Origin: Eledone cirrhosa
Lineage: Eukaryota
Assembly (NCBI GenBank): GCA_964016885.1
Contig: OZ024765.1
Span: 3,720,001-3,784,000, forward strand
Direction of reading: 5' to 3'
DNA length: 64,000 bases
This document shows, piece by piece, positions 13,572 to 25,419 of the stretch. A model generated the notes under the pieces. That model had not been told where the DNA came from. It saw only the letters and a program-made list of their open reading frames with translations, and searched no databases. The number at the start of each line of letters is the position of its first letter. Position 1 is the stretch's first letter. Made by a program: the position numbers and the translations under genes.

Positions 13572-15647
13572 ATAGGCTGACCAAGATATTCTCATGGAAT
13601 GACCAAATGAGGTTTATTTTTCAACATGCAAGATTTCACAGCTCTAGCATCACTCCTTCATAGGCTGACCAAGATACTCTCATGGAATGACCAAATGAGG
13701 TTTATTTTTCAACATGCAAGATTGCACAGCTCTAGCATCACTCCTTCGTAGGCTGTCCAAGATACTCTCATGGAATGACCAAATGTGGTTTATTTTTCAA
13801 CATGCAAGATTTCACAGCTCTAGCATCACTCCTTCATAGGCTGACCAAGATACTCTCATGGAATGACCAAATGAGGTTTATTTTTCAATTGCACAGCTCT
13901 AGCATCACTCCTTCGTAGGCTGTCCAAGATACTCTCATGGAATGACCAAATGAGGTTTATTTTTCAGCATGCAAGATTTCACAGCTCTAGCATCACTCCT
14001 TCATAGGCCGACCAAGATACCCTCATGGAATGACCAAATGAGGTTTATTTTTCAACATGAAAGATTTCACAGCTCTAGCATCACTCCTTCATAGGCTGAC
14101 CAAGATACTCTCATGGAATGACCAAATGAGGTTTATTTTTCAATTGCACAGCTCTAGCATGACTCCTTCGTAGGCTGTCCAAGATACTCTCATGGAATGA
14201 CCAAATGAGGTTTATTTTTCAACATGCAAGATTTCACAGCCCTAGCATCACTCCTTCATAGGCCGACCAAGATACTCTCATGGAATGACCAAATGACGTT
14301 TATTTCTCAACATGCAAGATTTCACAGCTCTAGCGTCACTCCTTCATAGGCTGACCAAGATACTCTCATAGAATGACCAAATGAGGTTTATTTTTCAACA
14401 TGCAAGATTTCACAGCTCTAGCATCACTCCTTCATAGACTGACCAAGATACTCTCATGGAATGACCAAATGACGTTTATTTCTCAACATGCAAGATTTCA
14501 CAGCTCTAGCATCACTCCTTCATAGGCTGACCAAGATACTCTCATGGAATGACCAAATGAGGTTAATTTTTCAACATGCAAGATTGCACAGCTCTAGCAT
14601 CATTCCTTCATAGGCAGACCAAGATATTCTCATGGAATGACCAAATGAGGTTTATTTTTCAACATGCAAGATTACACAGCTCTAGCATCACTCCTTCATA
14701 GGCTGACCAAGATACTCTCATGGAATGACCAAATGAGGTTTATTTTTCAACATGCAAGATTTCACAGCCCTAGCATCATTCCTTCATAGGCAGACCAAGA
14801 TATTCTCATGGAATGACCAAATGAGGTTTATTTTTCAACATGCAAGATTTCACAGCCCTAGCATCACTCCTTCATAGTGAGCCTATGAACATTTAAGCCT
14901 ACCTTCGTATATGTAAACAATGTATTTATTTAATATACAAACAATTAATTACTAAGAAATTCGAAATAATTTTTGTACCCATTTTTGCGATTAAGTAAAG
15001 ACGGAGTTATCGTTCTTGAGATTTCGGCTCGGTGAAATTTGAGGAACTGATGTCGCTAAATCGCCAAATCATTTACCTGCCCCGTTGCACCATGGGAGGG
15101 TAATGGCTGCCCTTTATTTTTTAAACGATGGCAGATTCTTTAGTTTCTATCGCAGCATCTTCTTCCTTGTTTCATATAAGTAAATAAGTAAAACATTTTG
15201 GCGAGAAAGATATTAAAAGGTCTTCTGTGGTTTAAAAAAAATAAAAGGCAGCCATTACCCTCCCATGGTGCAACGGGGCAGATAAATGATTTGGCGATTT
15301 AGCGACATCAGTTCCTAAAATTTCTCCAAGCCGAAATCTCAAGAACGATAACTCCGTCTTTACTTAATCGCAAAAATGGGTGCAAAAATTATTTCGAATT
15401 TCTTACTAATTAATTATTTGTATATTAAATAAATACATTGTTTACATATACGAAGGTAGGCTTAAAAGTTCATAGGCTCACTATGAAGGAGTGATGCTAG
15501 GGCTGTGAAATCTTGCATGTTGAGAAATAAACCTCATTTGATCATTCCATGAGAGTATCTTGGTCAGCCTATGAAGGAGTGATGCTAGAGCTGTGAAATC
15601 TTGCAAGTTGAAAAATAAACCTCATTTGGTCATTCCATGAGAGTATC
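13572..15647. repeat. Satellite array 3 (~15 monomers), palindrome core 3 (spacer 15127-15229) and 2 inverted monomers
   Basis: Third copy of the same architecture, truncated at 15647. Confidence 0.95.
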
Positions 15648-15719
15648 ACCAGACTTGTTATGCAAATTCATGTCGTGTTCCTTACTCCATCTCATTTATG
15701 AGTTCACACCATTTCTTTA

Positions 15720-16040
15720 TACAGCTCTTATATTCCATACACATGGCATGTCCATACCTTTTTAGTCTCCTCCTTTGCATCCTACACATGATTCCTCAAA
15801 CTTCTTTATAAAGCTGTTATCTTTCATACCATTGCTGCAGTCTTCTCTCATAAGATTCCTCATATACAGAATTTTCCCCCTCAGTTCACTTATGCTACAT
15901 CATTCATGTACACGAACATTACACATCCATCAAAGCAGTAGCCTTTGCAGATCTTCTGCACTCAAGGCCCATGTTTCACAGTCATGTAGCAATGCAGACA
16001 TCATACAGTCTACTCTTCATTCTGTGGATCTTTAAACCAT
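15720..16040 (-). mobile_element. Degenerate RTE-type LINE ORF2 fragment
   Basis: Minus-strand translation gives CETWALSAEDLQRL..WMCNVRVHE, resembling the RTE ORF2 C-terminal region; frameshifted. Confidence 0.6.
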
Positions 16041-16354
16041 GTCATTTTCCATCATGTTATAACCTCCCTGCAATCATAGACTTGCTCTGTGACTTTCAGT
16101 ACATTGTCCCACAATAATTGACCAGTTTTCTTCTACGCTATCGCCATCTCATCTTTACTATTTTAAACAGAGTGGGCTGGATGTTTTGTGGTACCAACAT
16201 AACTTTACAGAGTAAGGGTCGTGTGGGCTGAAGTGGAGGGGATGTGTAGGGTGTGTGAGGTGTATATTGGATTAAAAGGTGCCTACTGAGTGTAAGTTTA
16301 AATCCATGCGCAAGGGAAGGCAGGTCCTCTGTATTACTACATAGTGCCAAAGAT

Positions 16355-16592
16355 CTATTGTGACACCTACGTGACTACTTTACAGTGAGTACTGGGTGCT
16401 TTTTGTTGTGACACCTACATGACCACTTTACAGTGTGGACTGGGTGTTGTTTGTTGTGACACCTACATGACCACTTTACAGTGTGGACTGGGTGCTTTTT
16501 ATTGTGACACCTACATGACCACTTTACAGTGAGTACTGGGTGTTGTTTGTTGTGACACCTACATGACCACTTTACAGTGTGGACTGGGTGCT
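16355..16592 (-). repeat. 48-bp SINE-derived minisatellite (~5 copies)
   Basis: Reverse complement of the 680-1040 motif. Confidence 0.85.
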
Positions 16593-16804
16593 TAATAATA
16601 AGTAACAAAGAATATATTTAAGTATTTTGAAAGAAAGATTTTATTTAAAATATTACATAGGTAAATTATTTCACCAATGTAGATATAGTTATAGTTATAC
16701 AATATTTGGAGGTTGATATCGCAACTGTTATACATTATATATTGTAGAGATATCTTTATAGTTATATGGGGTACTTTATTTTATCATTTGTGACATTCAT
16801 GCAG

Positions 16805-18298
16805 TTAGTTTTCAACAGGAGTACATATATGTGTAACTAAGTCACGTTTTAGAGGAAATGACTTACTACAGACATTACAGTGAAATGGTTTATTGCCTGT
16901 ATGAGTGCGTTTGTGAGAATATAAGTTACTACTTCCGGAGAATGATTTACCACAGATATCACATTCATATGGTCTCTCTCCCGTATGGGTACGCTTGTGT
17001 GTAGCTAAGTTGCTGTTTCCTGTAAAAGATTTACCACAGACATCACAGTGAAATGGTTTCTCTCCTGTATGAGTGCGTTTATGATTAATCAAGTCCCCAG
17101 TTTGAGAGAACGATTCACCACAGAAGTCACAGTTGTATGGCTTCTCTCCTGTGTGAATACGTACATGTGAAGTCAACTGACTTTTTCGAGAGAATGATTT
17201 ATCACAAATTTGACACTGAAATGGTGTTTCTCCTGTATGAGTGAAGGTGTGTTGGGTTAATATAATTTTAAAAGCGAATGATCTACCACAGATATCACAT
17301 TGAAATGGTTTCTCTCCAGTATGAATGCGTTCGTGTTTAGTCAAGGGACTTTTATGAGAGAATGATTTACCACAGATACCACACTGATATGGTTTTTCTC
17401 CCACATGAGTACGTTTATGTATAGTTAAGGAGCTTTTTTCAGAAAATGATTTACCACAAATATCACAGTGATATGGCTTCTCTCCTGTATGAGTACGTAT
17501 GTGTACTCTCAACTGAGCGGAGACAGGCAATGATTTACCACAGATATCACAACGATATGGTTTCTCTCCTGTATGAGTACGTATATGAGTAGACAAAGGA
17601 TACGTTGCCGCAAAAGATTTACCACAAATATTACACTGATAAGGTTTCTCTCCTGTATGAATGCGTCTGTGTCCAGTTAAATGACCATTTTGAGAGAAGG
17701 ATTTACCACAGATATCACATTTATATGGTTTCTCTCCTGTATGAGTTCGTATGTGTTTCGTTAAGTTATTTCCATGACAGAATGATTTACCACAGATATC
17801 ACAGTAACATGTTTTCTCTCCTGTATGAATAAGTTTGTGTGTAGATAAGTGATAATTCCGAGTGAACGATTTACCACAGACATCACATTTATACGGCTTC
17901 TCTCTTGTTTGAGTGCGTTTGTGAAAAGTTAAGTTATCAGGAAAGGATTTACCACAGACTTCACTTTGATAAGGTCCATCATTTCTATGAATATACCCAT
18001 GTATTTTTAAGTGATTTATTTGAAAGAATGATTTACCACAGATATCACAGTGATACGGCTTCACTCCTGTATGATCACGTAAGTGTTTTGTTAATTCTCG
18101 TTTTTTTTTAAATGATGTACCACAGATATCACAGTCATATACTTTCTCTCCCTTATGAATACGTTTATGTCTAGTTAAGTCATCTTTTTCAACAGGGACT
18201 GCTACCTTTTCATTCTCTTCCAGTTTTTCATCAACAAAATCAATCATTGTAGATTCAGTTTCCTGTTTGATCTGATCCTTACATAAATTAGTTTCCAT
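16805..18298 (-). CDS. C2H2 zinc-finger protein, subfamily A (497 aa, ~14 canonical and 2 degenerate fingers)
   Basis: Intact ORF with tandem CxxC..HxxxH fingers and TGEKP linkers; acidic N-terminus [15 protein letters not shown]. Confidence 0.95.
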   Translation of the reverse strand: METNLCKDQIKQETESTMIDFVDEKLEENEKVAVPVEKDDLTRHKRIHKGEKVYDCDICGTSFKKKRELTKHLRDHTGVKPYHCDICGKSFFQINHLKIHGYIHRNDGPYQSEVCGKSFPDNLTFHKRTQTREKPYKCDVCGKSFTRNYHLSTHKLIHTGEKTCYCDICGKSFCHGNNLTKHIRTHTGEKPYKCDICGKSFSQNGHLTGHRRIHTGEKPYQCNICGKSFAATYPLSTHIRTHTGEKPYRCDICGKSLPVSAQLRVHIRTHTGEKPYHCDICGKSFSEKSSLTIHKRTHVGEKPYQCGICGKSFSHKSPLTKHERIHTGEKPFQCDICGRSFAFKIILTQHTFTHTGETPFQCQICDKSFSRKSQLTSHVRIHTGEKPYNCDFCGESFSQTGDLINHKRTHTGEKPFHCDVCGKSFTGNSNLATHKRTHTGERPYECDICGKSFSGSSNLYSHKRTHTGNKPFHCNVCSKSFPLKRDLVTHICTPVEN

Positions 18299-19059
18299 AA
18301 TTTATCTTCTCTCACCTCAATATTCAGATATTTTTCTGGTTTTTCTATTTATAGTTTATTCCAAACAAATATTTCTCCAGCTATATTTCCATCAACTGTG
18401 ATCTTTGTTGATATCTGAAGATGCTGGAAAAATTCTTTGTAAATTTGTCCAAATTTAATGAGAATGTGAATTTATGTTGTACACATTCCAGGTTGTGAAG
18501 TAGAGAAAAGATTTATGTGAGGGGTTAACCACAGTAGTATGGCTTCTGTTGAGAGGGGATATATTTGTGTTTAGTTAAGTTACATTTCAGGCAGTGAAGT
18601 AGAGAAATGTTGTTTTTAATCTCAGATTAGAGGAAATCAGTGTAATTCAACCAGATATTTATATAAACAGGGTTATATCTGTTCTGTATAAGATCTTCCT
18701 TTAGTCTTTAAAAGATGATAAATATTGCTGGATATATCTGAAGCTAAACAATTCTCTTCAATCAATGTCCTCTGATATTCTGAAATAATAAACAGTATAA
18801 GATATATATGTATATATATATATTATATTTAAGTCTATAAATGTATTTGAAAATATACATTTATACGATCATCACCATATAATGTCTTATTTTCCATGCT
18901 TGCATGGGTTAGACATGTCACCCATGTTATGAGACAAATCTGCCCAGTTGGCAGCATTGTACCTTAATCAGACGGGACTGTTTTTTAGCTAGGATCTTTA
19001 CAGCTGGATGGCCTTCCTAATACCAGCCGCACACATACATATATATTTATACATAAGAG

Positions 19060-19287
19060 ATGTTAACATGAATGGACCTATTATTTTTATCTAAAGACAT
19101 TTTTTCCAATTCCAACCCGCTCGTCCCCTCAATCTATTTTATTTCTCATTCTTTCTTCTGATGAAGGACTGGCGTCCGAAACGTTAAGACCCTCTTCCTG
19201 CTATATCAAGTGTTAACCTAATATATACCTTCCATATACTGTACTGATTGTGTTGTTATTTCTGTTTACCTTTTACATATATATACC
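19060..19287 (+). mobile_element. Penelope-like pseudo-LTR fragment; inverted copy at 39088-39320
   Basis: Two dispersed ~220-bp copies, each containing a minimal hammerhead motif. Confidence 0.65.
19154..19189 (+). ncRNA. Minimal type I hammerhead ribozyme
   Basis: tctt-CTGATGA-a-ggac(tggc)gtcc-GAAAC-GTT-aaga: stem I tctt/aaga, stem II ggac/gtcc, palindromic stem III acgt. Confidence 0.75.
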
Positions 19288-19364
19288 AACGTAGTCTTCT
19301 CTCAAGAGACAGCATCTGATCCCCCTTATTCCAAATTTCGCACTTAGATCACTTATGTTTTGAC

Positions 19365-19895
19365 TACGTTGGTATGGTCATGTGATGCACATGAAAGACG
19401 ACAGGTGTATAAAAAAGTGCAGGGCGATCAAAATTGATGGAAGTTACGGAGTAGGTAGACCCAGAAAAACCAGGGGCGATTTGATAAATTCCGACCTTAC
19501 ACCTCTCCAAGACAATCTTACTGTACCGAGATCTTTGGCGCCACACAGTAATACAGAAGACCCGCCTTGCTTATGTACAAAGTGAAACCTACAGTCAGTA
19601 GGCACCTCTTAACCAAATATACACCCCATCTCACTACCCTACTCCATCCTCCCACTCCCACCAACACCACAACATCCAGTCCAAACTAATGAGGTCGTGT
19701 AGGTGTCATGACAAAAAAACACACAGTCCATGCTGTAATGTGGTTGGTGTTAGGAAGGGCATCCAGCCATAGAAAACCTGCCAGACAGTCCTATATGAGC
19801 GAGACACGGTCACCCAACCAATCTTGCCTCAAGTGGGATAATTCCCGTCTAACCCATGCTAACGTGGAGGATAGACGTTAAACGATGATGATGAT
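19365..19895 (+). mobile_element. RTE LINE 3' fragment joined to a SINE-like 3' segment with (GAT)n tail
   Basis: Translates LRWYGHVMHMKDDRCIKKC..GVGRPRKT; ends gacgttaaacgatgatgatg. Related pieces at 16140-16350, 21850-22225 and 43190-43505. Confidence 0.7.
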
Positions 19896-19984
19896 GATGA
19901 TATATATTAGAAAAAATGAGGAAGTTTCATTTTTATGTATTAGATTTTTATAGAAGTTATGGACCTGAAGTGGTCTCCTTGGAG

Positions 19985-20545
19985 CCACAACAAAAACACC
20001 CAGTCCACACTGTATAGTGGTCATGTAGGTGTCACAACAACAAGTACCCAGTCCACACTGTAAAGGGGTCATATAGGTGTCACAACAAAAGCACCCAGTC
20101 CACACTGTAAAGTGGTCATGTAGGTGTCACAACAACAAGTACCCAGTCCACACTGTAAAGGGGTCATATATGTGTCACAACAAAAGCACCCAGTCCACAC
20201 TGTAAAGTGGTCATGTAGGTGTCACAACAAAAGCACCCAGTCCACACTGTAAAGTGGTCATGTAGTGTCACAACAAAAAGCACCCAGTCCACACTGTAAA
20301 GTGGTCATGTAGGTGTCACAACAAAAAGCACCCAGTACACACTGTAAAGTGGTCATGTAGGTGTCACAACAAAAAGCACCCAGTACACACTATAAAGTGG
20401 TCATGTAGGTGTCACAACAAAAAAGCACCCAGTACACACTGTAAAGTGGTCATGTAGGTGTCACAACAAAAAGCACCCAGTACACACTGTAAAGTGGTCA
20501 TGTAGGTGTCACAACAAAAAGCACCCAGTACACACTGTAAATGTT
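19985..20545 (+). repeat. 47-48-bp SINE-derived minisatellite (~12 copies)
   Basis: Direct periodicity. Confidence 0.92.
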
Positions 20546-20707
20546 GTTCTGTGTGAGCGAAATGCAGTTCTCCGACCTGATCTCTCACAATTGGAGACCC
20601 TATCCTACCTAAGCTCACATGGATGACGATGCTATATATATATATACATCTAGCTTGATGTAGGACCCATATTTTAAATCTCATTTCATATTTTCTATCT
20701 ATAACAT

Positions 20708-20775
20708 CTCTGTCTGATGAATGATCCAGACATATATTAATATTGTCTGTGATCCAGAAACCTTTGGTAATGGAG
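20708..20775 (+). ncRNA. Type I hammerhead ribozyme with extended stem II
   Basis: ctctgt-CTGATGA-a-[tgatccagaca..tgtctgtgatcca]-GAAAcc(ttt)gGTA-atggag; stem I pairs with two G-U wobbles; GUA cleavage triplet. Confidence 0.65.
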
Positions 20776-20889
20776 TAGTTATATTTTGTGTTGTTCACTT
20801 TCTAATTAAATATATATATCTTATGATGCGTATTTCGAAGATATATAATAAAATAAATAGGGATGGACTAAAGTAACTGTCTTTTTGTT

Positions 20890-21050
20890 GGTGGATTGGC
20901 AGTATTGGTAGAGGGTCGGACGTCATGCTTTGACGCGTAGAGTTACGTCCCTTTATGGTCTGAGTTCAAATCCCGCCGAGGTCAACAAAATAAAGTACCA
21001 GTCATGTACTGGGTCATTGCTGGCCTTGTGCCAATAGTAGAAACAATTAT
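20890..21050 (+). mobile_element. SINE family 1, internally deleted
   Basis: A box tggcagtattggtag, B box gagttcaaatccc. Confidence 0.8.
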
Positions 21051-21260
21051 TATCATAACAAAACTCCAGATGAACAGAAACTGTTGAGTGTTTGACATCT
21101 GTTATATAAAAGTTGGCTGATTCTAAATCAACTCTCTCTCATTGAACAAATATTTGTTTATTACATAATTAAATAGCTCTGTAGCCTACATAGAGCACTC
21201 TCCTTTCCTTTACCCTTCCTACGGAAATACTTCATATATAATATTTTTTCTTTCAACTTG

Positions 21261-21640
21261 CATTTTAGACTTAGCTCTGATTAATTGATTATTTATCTAA
21301 TTAATTTCTACGGACTAAGAGGAAAGACTAGGTAAATTTTATCTGACTGTTCCTCACAGAGGAAAGTCTGACATTTATCTATTATTTCTTCAAAGTTACA
21401 TTTTAGACTTAGCTCCGTTTAATTGATAATTTATCTAATTAATTTTTACGGGCTAAGAGGAAAGACTAGGTAAATTTTATCTAACTGTTCCTCACAGAGG
21501 AAAATAGACAACTTTTATCTGTTATTTCTTCAAAGTTACATCTTAAACTTAGCTCCATTTAAATGATTATTTATCTGGTTGATTTCTACTGACTAAGGAG
21601 AAAAAAATTGGATAAATTTTGTCTGTCTATTCTTCAAACT
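21261..21640 (+). repeat. ~140-bp tandem repeat, ~2.7 copies
   Basis: The ttagacttagctc..gaggaaagactaggtaaattttatct motif recurs at ~21261, 21400 and 21540. Confidence 0.8.
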
Positions 21641-21672
21641 TATAATTTTATATATATATATATAGAGAGAGA

Positions 21673-22225
21673 GAGAGCATTGGGCTTGCAATCGAAAGGT
21701 TGTGAGTTCAATTCTCGGACTGGGTGATGTGTTGTGTCCTTGAGCAAGACACTTTATTTCACATTGCTCCAGTTTACTCAGCTGTATGAGCAAATGAGAT
21801 GATAAGACTGGGGTCCCTATCATTCCACTGCAAAGTGGATGTGCAGGCGCCACGCTAGCATGGATTAGACGGGTGTTGTCCCACTTGAGGCAAGGTTGGT
21901 CGGGTGACTGTGTCTCGCTCATATAGGACTGTCTGGCAGGTTTTCTACGGCTGGATGCCCTTCCTAACACCAACCACATTTACAGTGTGGAACTGGGAAC
22001 TTTTTACCATGTCACCTACATGACCACATTACAGCGTGGACTGTGTTTTTTTGTTGTGACACCTACACGATCTCGTGGTGTTGGTGGGAGTGGGAGGATA
22101 GGGTAGGGTAGTGGATTGGGGTGTATATTTGGTTAAGAGGTGCCTACTGACTATAGGTTTCGCTTTGTATATAGGCAAGGCGGGTCTTCTGTATTACTAC
22201 GTAGCGCCAAAGATCTCGGTCCAGT
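21673..22225. mobile_element. SINE family 2 head (+) fused to an inverted SINE 3' segment (-)
   Basis: 21673-21850 matches 1410-1590; 21850-22225 is the reverse complement of 19520-19865. Confidence 0.7.
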
Positions 22226-22376
22226 GACATTATATATATATATATGTGTGTGTCTAATGGTAGCTAAGATGCTTCCATAGGTGGTATGCCGGTTGAGCAC
22301 TCTATGTTCCAACGGAGCAAAGTATTATAGAAGGGAAAACGAAAAATCAGTGATGCATCGGAACTCAATTTACTGT

Positions 22377-22464
22377 GTGTTACAATTGTTTCCCCGGCGG
22401 ACAACTTGAGGTGCGATCCGTATGTGGATCTACCTGACTCTAGACTCGCAGGTTCCTCGGACAC
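22377..22464 (-). ncRNA. Hammerhead-like fold with mutated core (CCGAGGA)
   Basis: Minus strand: gtgt-CCGAGGA-a-[long stem II]-GAAAcaattGTA-acac; stem I gtgt/acac, palindromic stem III acaattgt. Confidence 0.5.
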
Positions 22465-23026
22465 GTCTATTGATTTCGGAGCATATATATATAATGTATG
22501 TGTACAATCCAGGATTGTACAGAGCGATTGCCAGTCCAGCAAAAATTAAAAATTAGAATTGGTGTTCTGAAATAGCGATGTATACATGAATGGGTGTATA
22601 GTATATTCTTTTGCCGAAAAAAGAAGTGACATAGTCACTACTTTAAAAATGATAGCGCAAGGTCTTCAAAATGTTTTAAATTAAACATACGGTATATTGC
22701 CAAATATACTATACATATATTGTTATATTTGGGGAGGGTCATATTGTTATATTGCCAGAAATAATAATAAATGACACACTATATATATTATATTTATATT
22801 TTTAACCGTTGGTCAATCAATGATAAACATTGATTGCCAAATAAATTAACTGTGGAGATATAAAAGATACAGAAGCGAAAACCAATCCAAACCAAACAGT
22901 GGGTGTGTTTGATTATTGTTTCTGGCAATATTATAACAATATGACCCTCCCTAAGTATAATAATATTTGTTTCAACACACGATTTCTTATCAAAAACCTT
23001 GCAAAGCAAATATATATATAGATATG

Positions 23027-23067
23027 TTGATGATAAATTCTTTCGCGATTCCTAGTTGTCATTACAC

Positions 23068-23113
<46 letters not shown>

Positions 23114-23154
23114 GTGTAATGACAACTAGGAATCGCGAAAGAATTTATCATCAA
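23027..23154. repeat. Perfect 128-bp palindrome centred on (TA)n
   Basis: ttgatgataaattctttcgcgattcctagttgtcattacaccca-(TA)n-tgggtgtaatgacaactaggaatcgcgaaagaatttatcatcaa. Confidence 0.95.
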
Positions 23155-23558
23155 TATAATCTTTAAGATGTATTTCAGTAAATTTTCTATTAAATTTCAT
23201 TTTAAAATATTTATTATTGAGAAATTTACGAGGAACTAAAGACAGGTGCTGGTTGGGTATGAAACTAATTAAGGTGAGACAGGAACATCACATCGTTTGT
23301 CTCTTTTATCTTATAAAAACATTGAAATAAAGATATGCAGGTCAAATGACACAGGTAAACAATAACGATATGTCTATATCAATGATATTTCTATATTAAT
23401 ATAGATCTAACAAGGAAAGATGTGAGAATATGTTGAAGTAGTCGCAATATAAACAAGACACACTGGACCAAGAAAACCTTCATTTATATATTATTCCTGT
23501 TAATAAAGAATGTTGTAATGATTTATTTAGAGAGTTAATTAAAGTCTATTTTAATTAC

Positions 23559-23710
23559 CTGTTGAAAATGTTGGTAATAAAGAGGAGCTGAACCAGTAAT
23601 AGAGACGTGGAAGAAACAACAACAACAACAGCAAATTAACAACAGACTAAATTGGAAAAATTTACCAATTAACAGACAGGGGCAGATAACTTTACTTTCA
23701 CATCCGTCAC
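23559..23710 (-). promoter_or_regulatory. Predicted non-coding first exon / TSS region of ZNF subfamily A (paralog 32549-32693)
   Basis: Block 23210-23710 is nearly identical to 32200-32693 and contains the donor site. Confidence 0.55.
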
Positions 23711-24304
23711 TAAAACCTATCCCGCACTCAATAGTATATATATTAATATATATATGATATACATCTACACACACGTCTCTATATGTGTATATATAATATT
23801 TATATGTTGTAGCTTCAGACACATTTAACAATGGTCCGTGAAGCACAACGTGTCAACCCCGTAGTTCGTTTAACTCGTGCATATGTATAGGAATGTAGTA
23901 GTCCGTAGAATAAATTTGTAGACGACGTAGACGATTTAAAAATGGGTCCTACATCAAGGACTCAAAAGGGCAGAGAGAATTCCCAGTGCATAAGTGAGAT
24001 AATCTAGGATTATGGTGTTATTTCCACAAGATTTAACACTAATCTATGTTTGATAGTCTGACATTTATTTATATTTTCATCAAAATAAATACTCATTTGA
24101 TAGTAATATATGTGAATTATTACAAAATGTATGGGAATAAATACTCCGTTTAAAATTCTGTTTTTACTGTCGGTAAATCCCGTTTTTTTAATTCAATTAA
24201 ATTTCAGGGGTTAATTACAATAAATCTAAAACGTTTCATTAATGGAAATTAAAAAAAAAAATCATAAACAAATTTATTTCAAATAACAACACTAAAGATA
24301 TTTA

Positions 24305-24600
24305 AAAACTGAAAATGAAAGGTAGGGAAAGGGCTCTGGGGTCTAGTCCTAGGGGTGCAACAGTGCTGGGGCTTTGCCCTGCAGACAAGGTCGCAAAAGC
24401 ATTTCTGTGGACAATGGCCAGCGAGACCGCTACAACAGCCACCACAGAATATGGAGCTTCTTCCTTAGACAGGGCTGCTGATGTTCTGATCTTGCAGAGG
24501 AGCTCAGCAGTATGGGGTCCAAGTACACCTGAGGTCTTAACAGCAACCGGTGCAAGGAGGAAATGGTCAGACAATTCCCAGTATTTGTCTTCCCTTCCTT
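24305..24600 (-). mobile_element. CRE-like non-LTR retrotransposon 3' fragment (RLE domain)
   Basis: KYWELSDHFLLAPVAVKTSGVLGP..VSLAIVHRNAFATL matches the K..KY / PVAVETxG / SxAIQRGNA pattern of RLE C-termini. Confidence 0.7.
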
Positions 24601-24699
24601 TCAAAAGTAAATTACAATAAATTGTATTTGTTGGTGAATTAATGGTTGTTTTTGTTTCCCCACTTTTATTCCTTCTCTTGCTCACTGGGCAATCCCTGG

Positions 24700-25015
24700 C
24701 ACAAAAGATCGTGGCAGACCAAAGAAGAACCATGCTCCACCAGAAGCTGGGTGTGGATGCGATCACTGTTGTCCTTCACACACAATGTCTCCATTGGTAC
24801 GGACATGTTCAACGAGCCACATCATACATCACTCACTTGGCAATCCCTGGCTGGAGTGTGTGAAGAGAGATTTGTATAAATGGAACTTGGCTGATGTTGA
24901 TACTAGGGACAGAAACTCGTGGAGAGCGACTGTGAGACATTGCCTGGTATTGCCTACCTCGGAGTCCAGGACAACCGCAGCACCCTAGAGACCAAAACTG
25001 GATATGGATGGATGG
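24700..25015 (+). mobile_element. RTE LINE 3' fragment
   Basis: LHWYGHVQRA, then W.ECVKRDL..DRNSWRATVR; (GGAT)n tail. Confidence 0.7.
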
Positions 25016-25157
25016 CTTCAGTCATATATTTTGGTGGGTTGTATTTGTGAGGAATAGTTAATTGTATTTTTTATGTGTTTATATATTTCCATTCTAAAAG
25101 AATTGTGAACAATTTGAAATCTTTATATATATTTAAAACTTCTGAAAGAATTGCGAA

Positions 25158-25368
25158 CACCTGTGGTGTTTAAGACATTTGGGGGTGGTCGGGCTGGTAA
25201 TTGCGAGGTTCTTGTCTTCACTGGCGGCTCACTTGAGGTAACTGTTGATGCTCATGAGGGCGCTTGACAGTTCCAACGCATCAGCCTCGCCATCACACGA
25301 GGTAACGCTGTGAGCATGCTGGCTTACCTCCAAAATGATTAGAGAAGTTTCCCAGTGCTTCTCGCGAT
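25158..25368 (+). mobile_element. Degenerate CRE-like RLE fragment
   Basis: Colinear with 31875-32085. Confidence 0.65.
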
Positions 25369-25419
25369 ATTATTATCTTTTGCTCAGGCCGCAGCTCGTT
25401 TGTCCACCCCTTTCGCCTG

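Larger units (their letters stand above)
18780..23558 (-). other. Predicted 5'-UTR intron of ZNF 16805-18298
   Basis: Minus-strand donor caacag|gtaatt at 23558 and acceptor tatttcag|aat at 18780. Both are conserved in the paralog (32548 and 29271), and homology ends just outside the acceptor. Confidence 0.6.

Noticed and set aside
2806-15647. CRISPR-like regular array
   Set aside because: Monomers are contiguous with no unique spacers, the context is eukaryotic and there are no cas genes.
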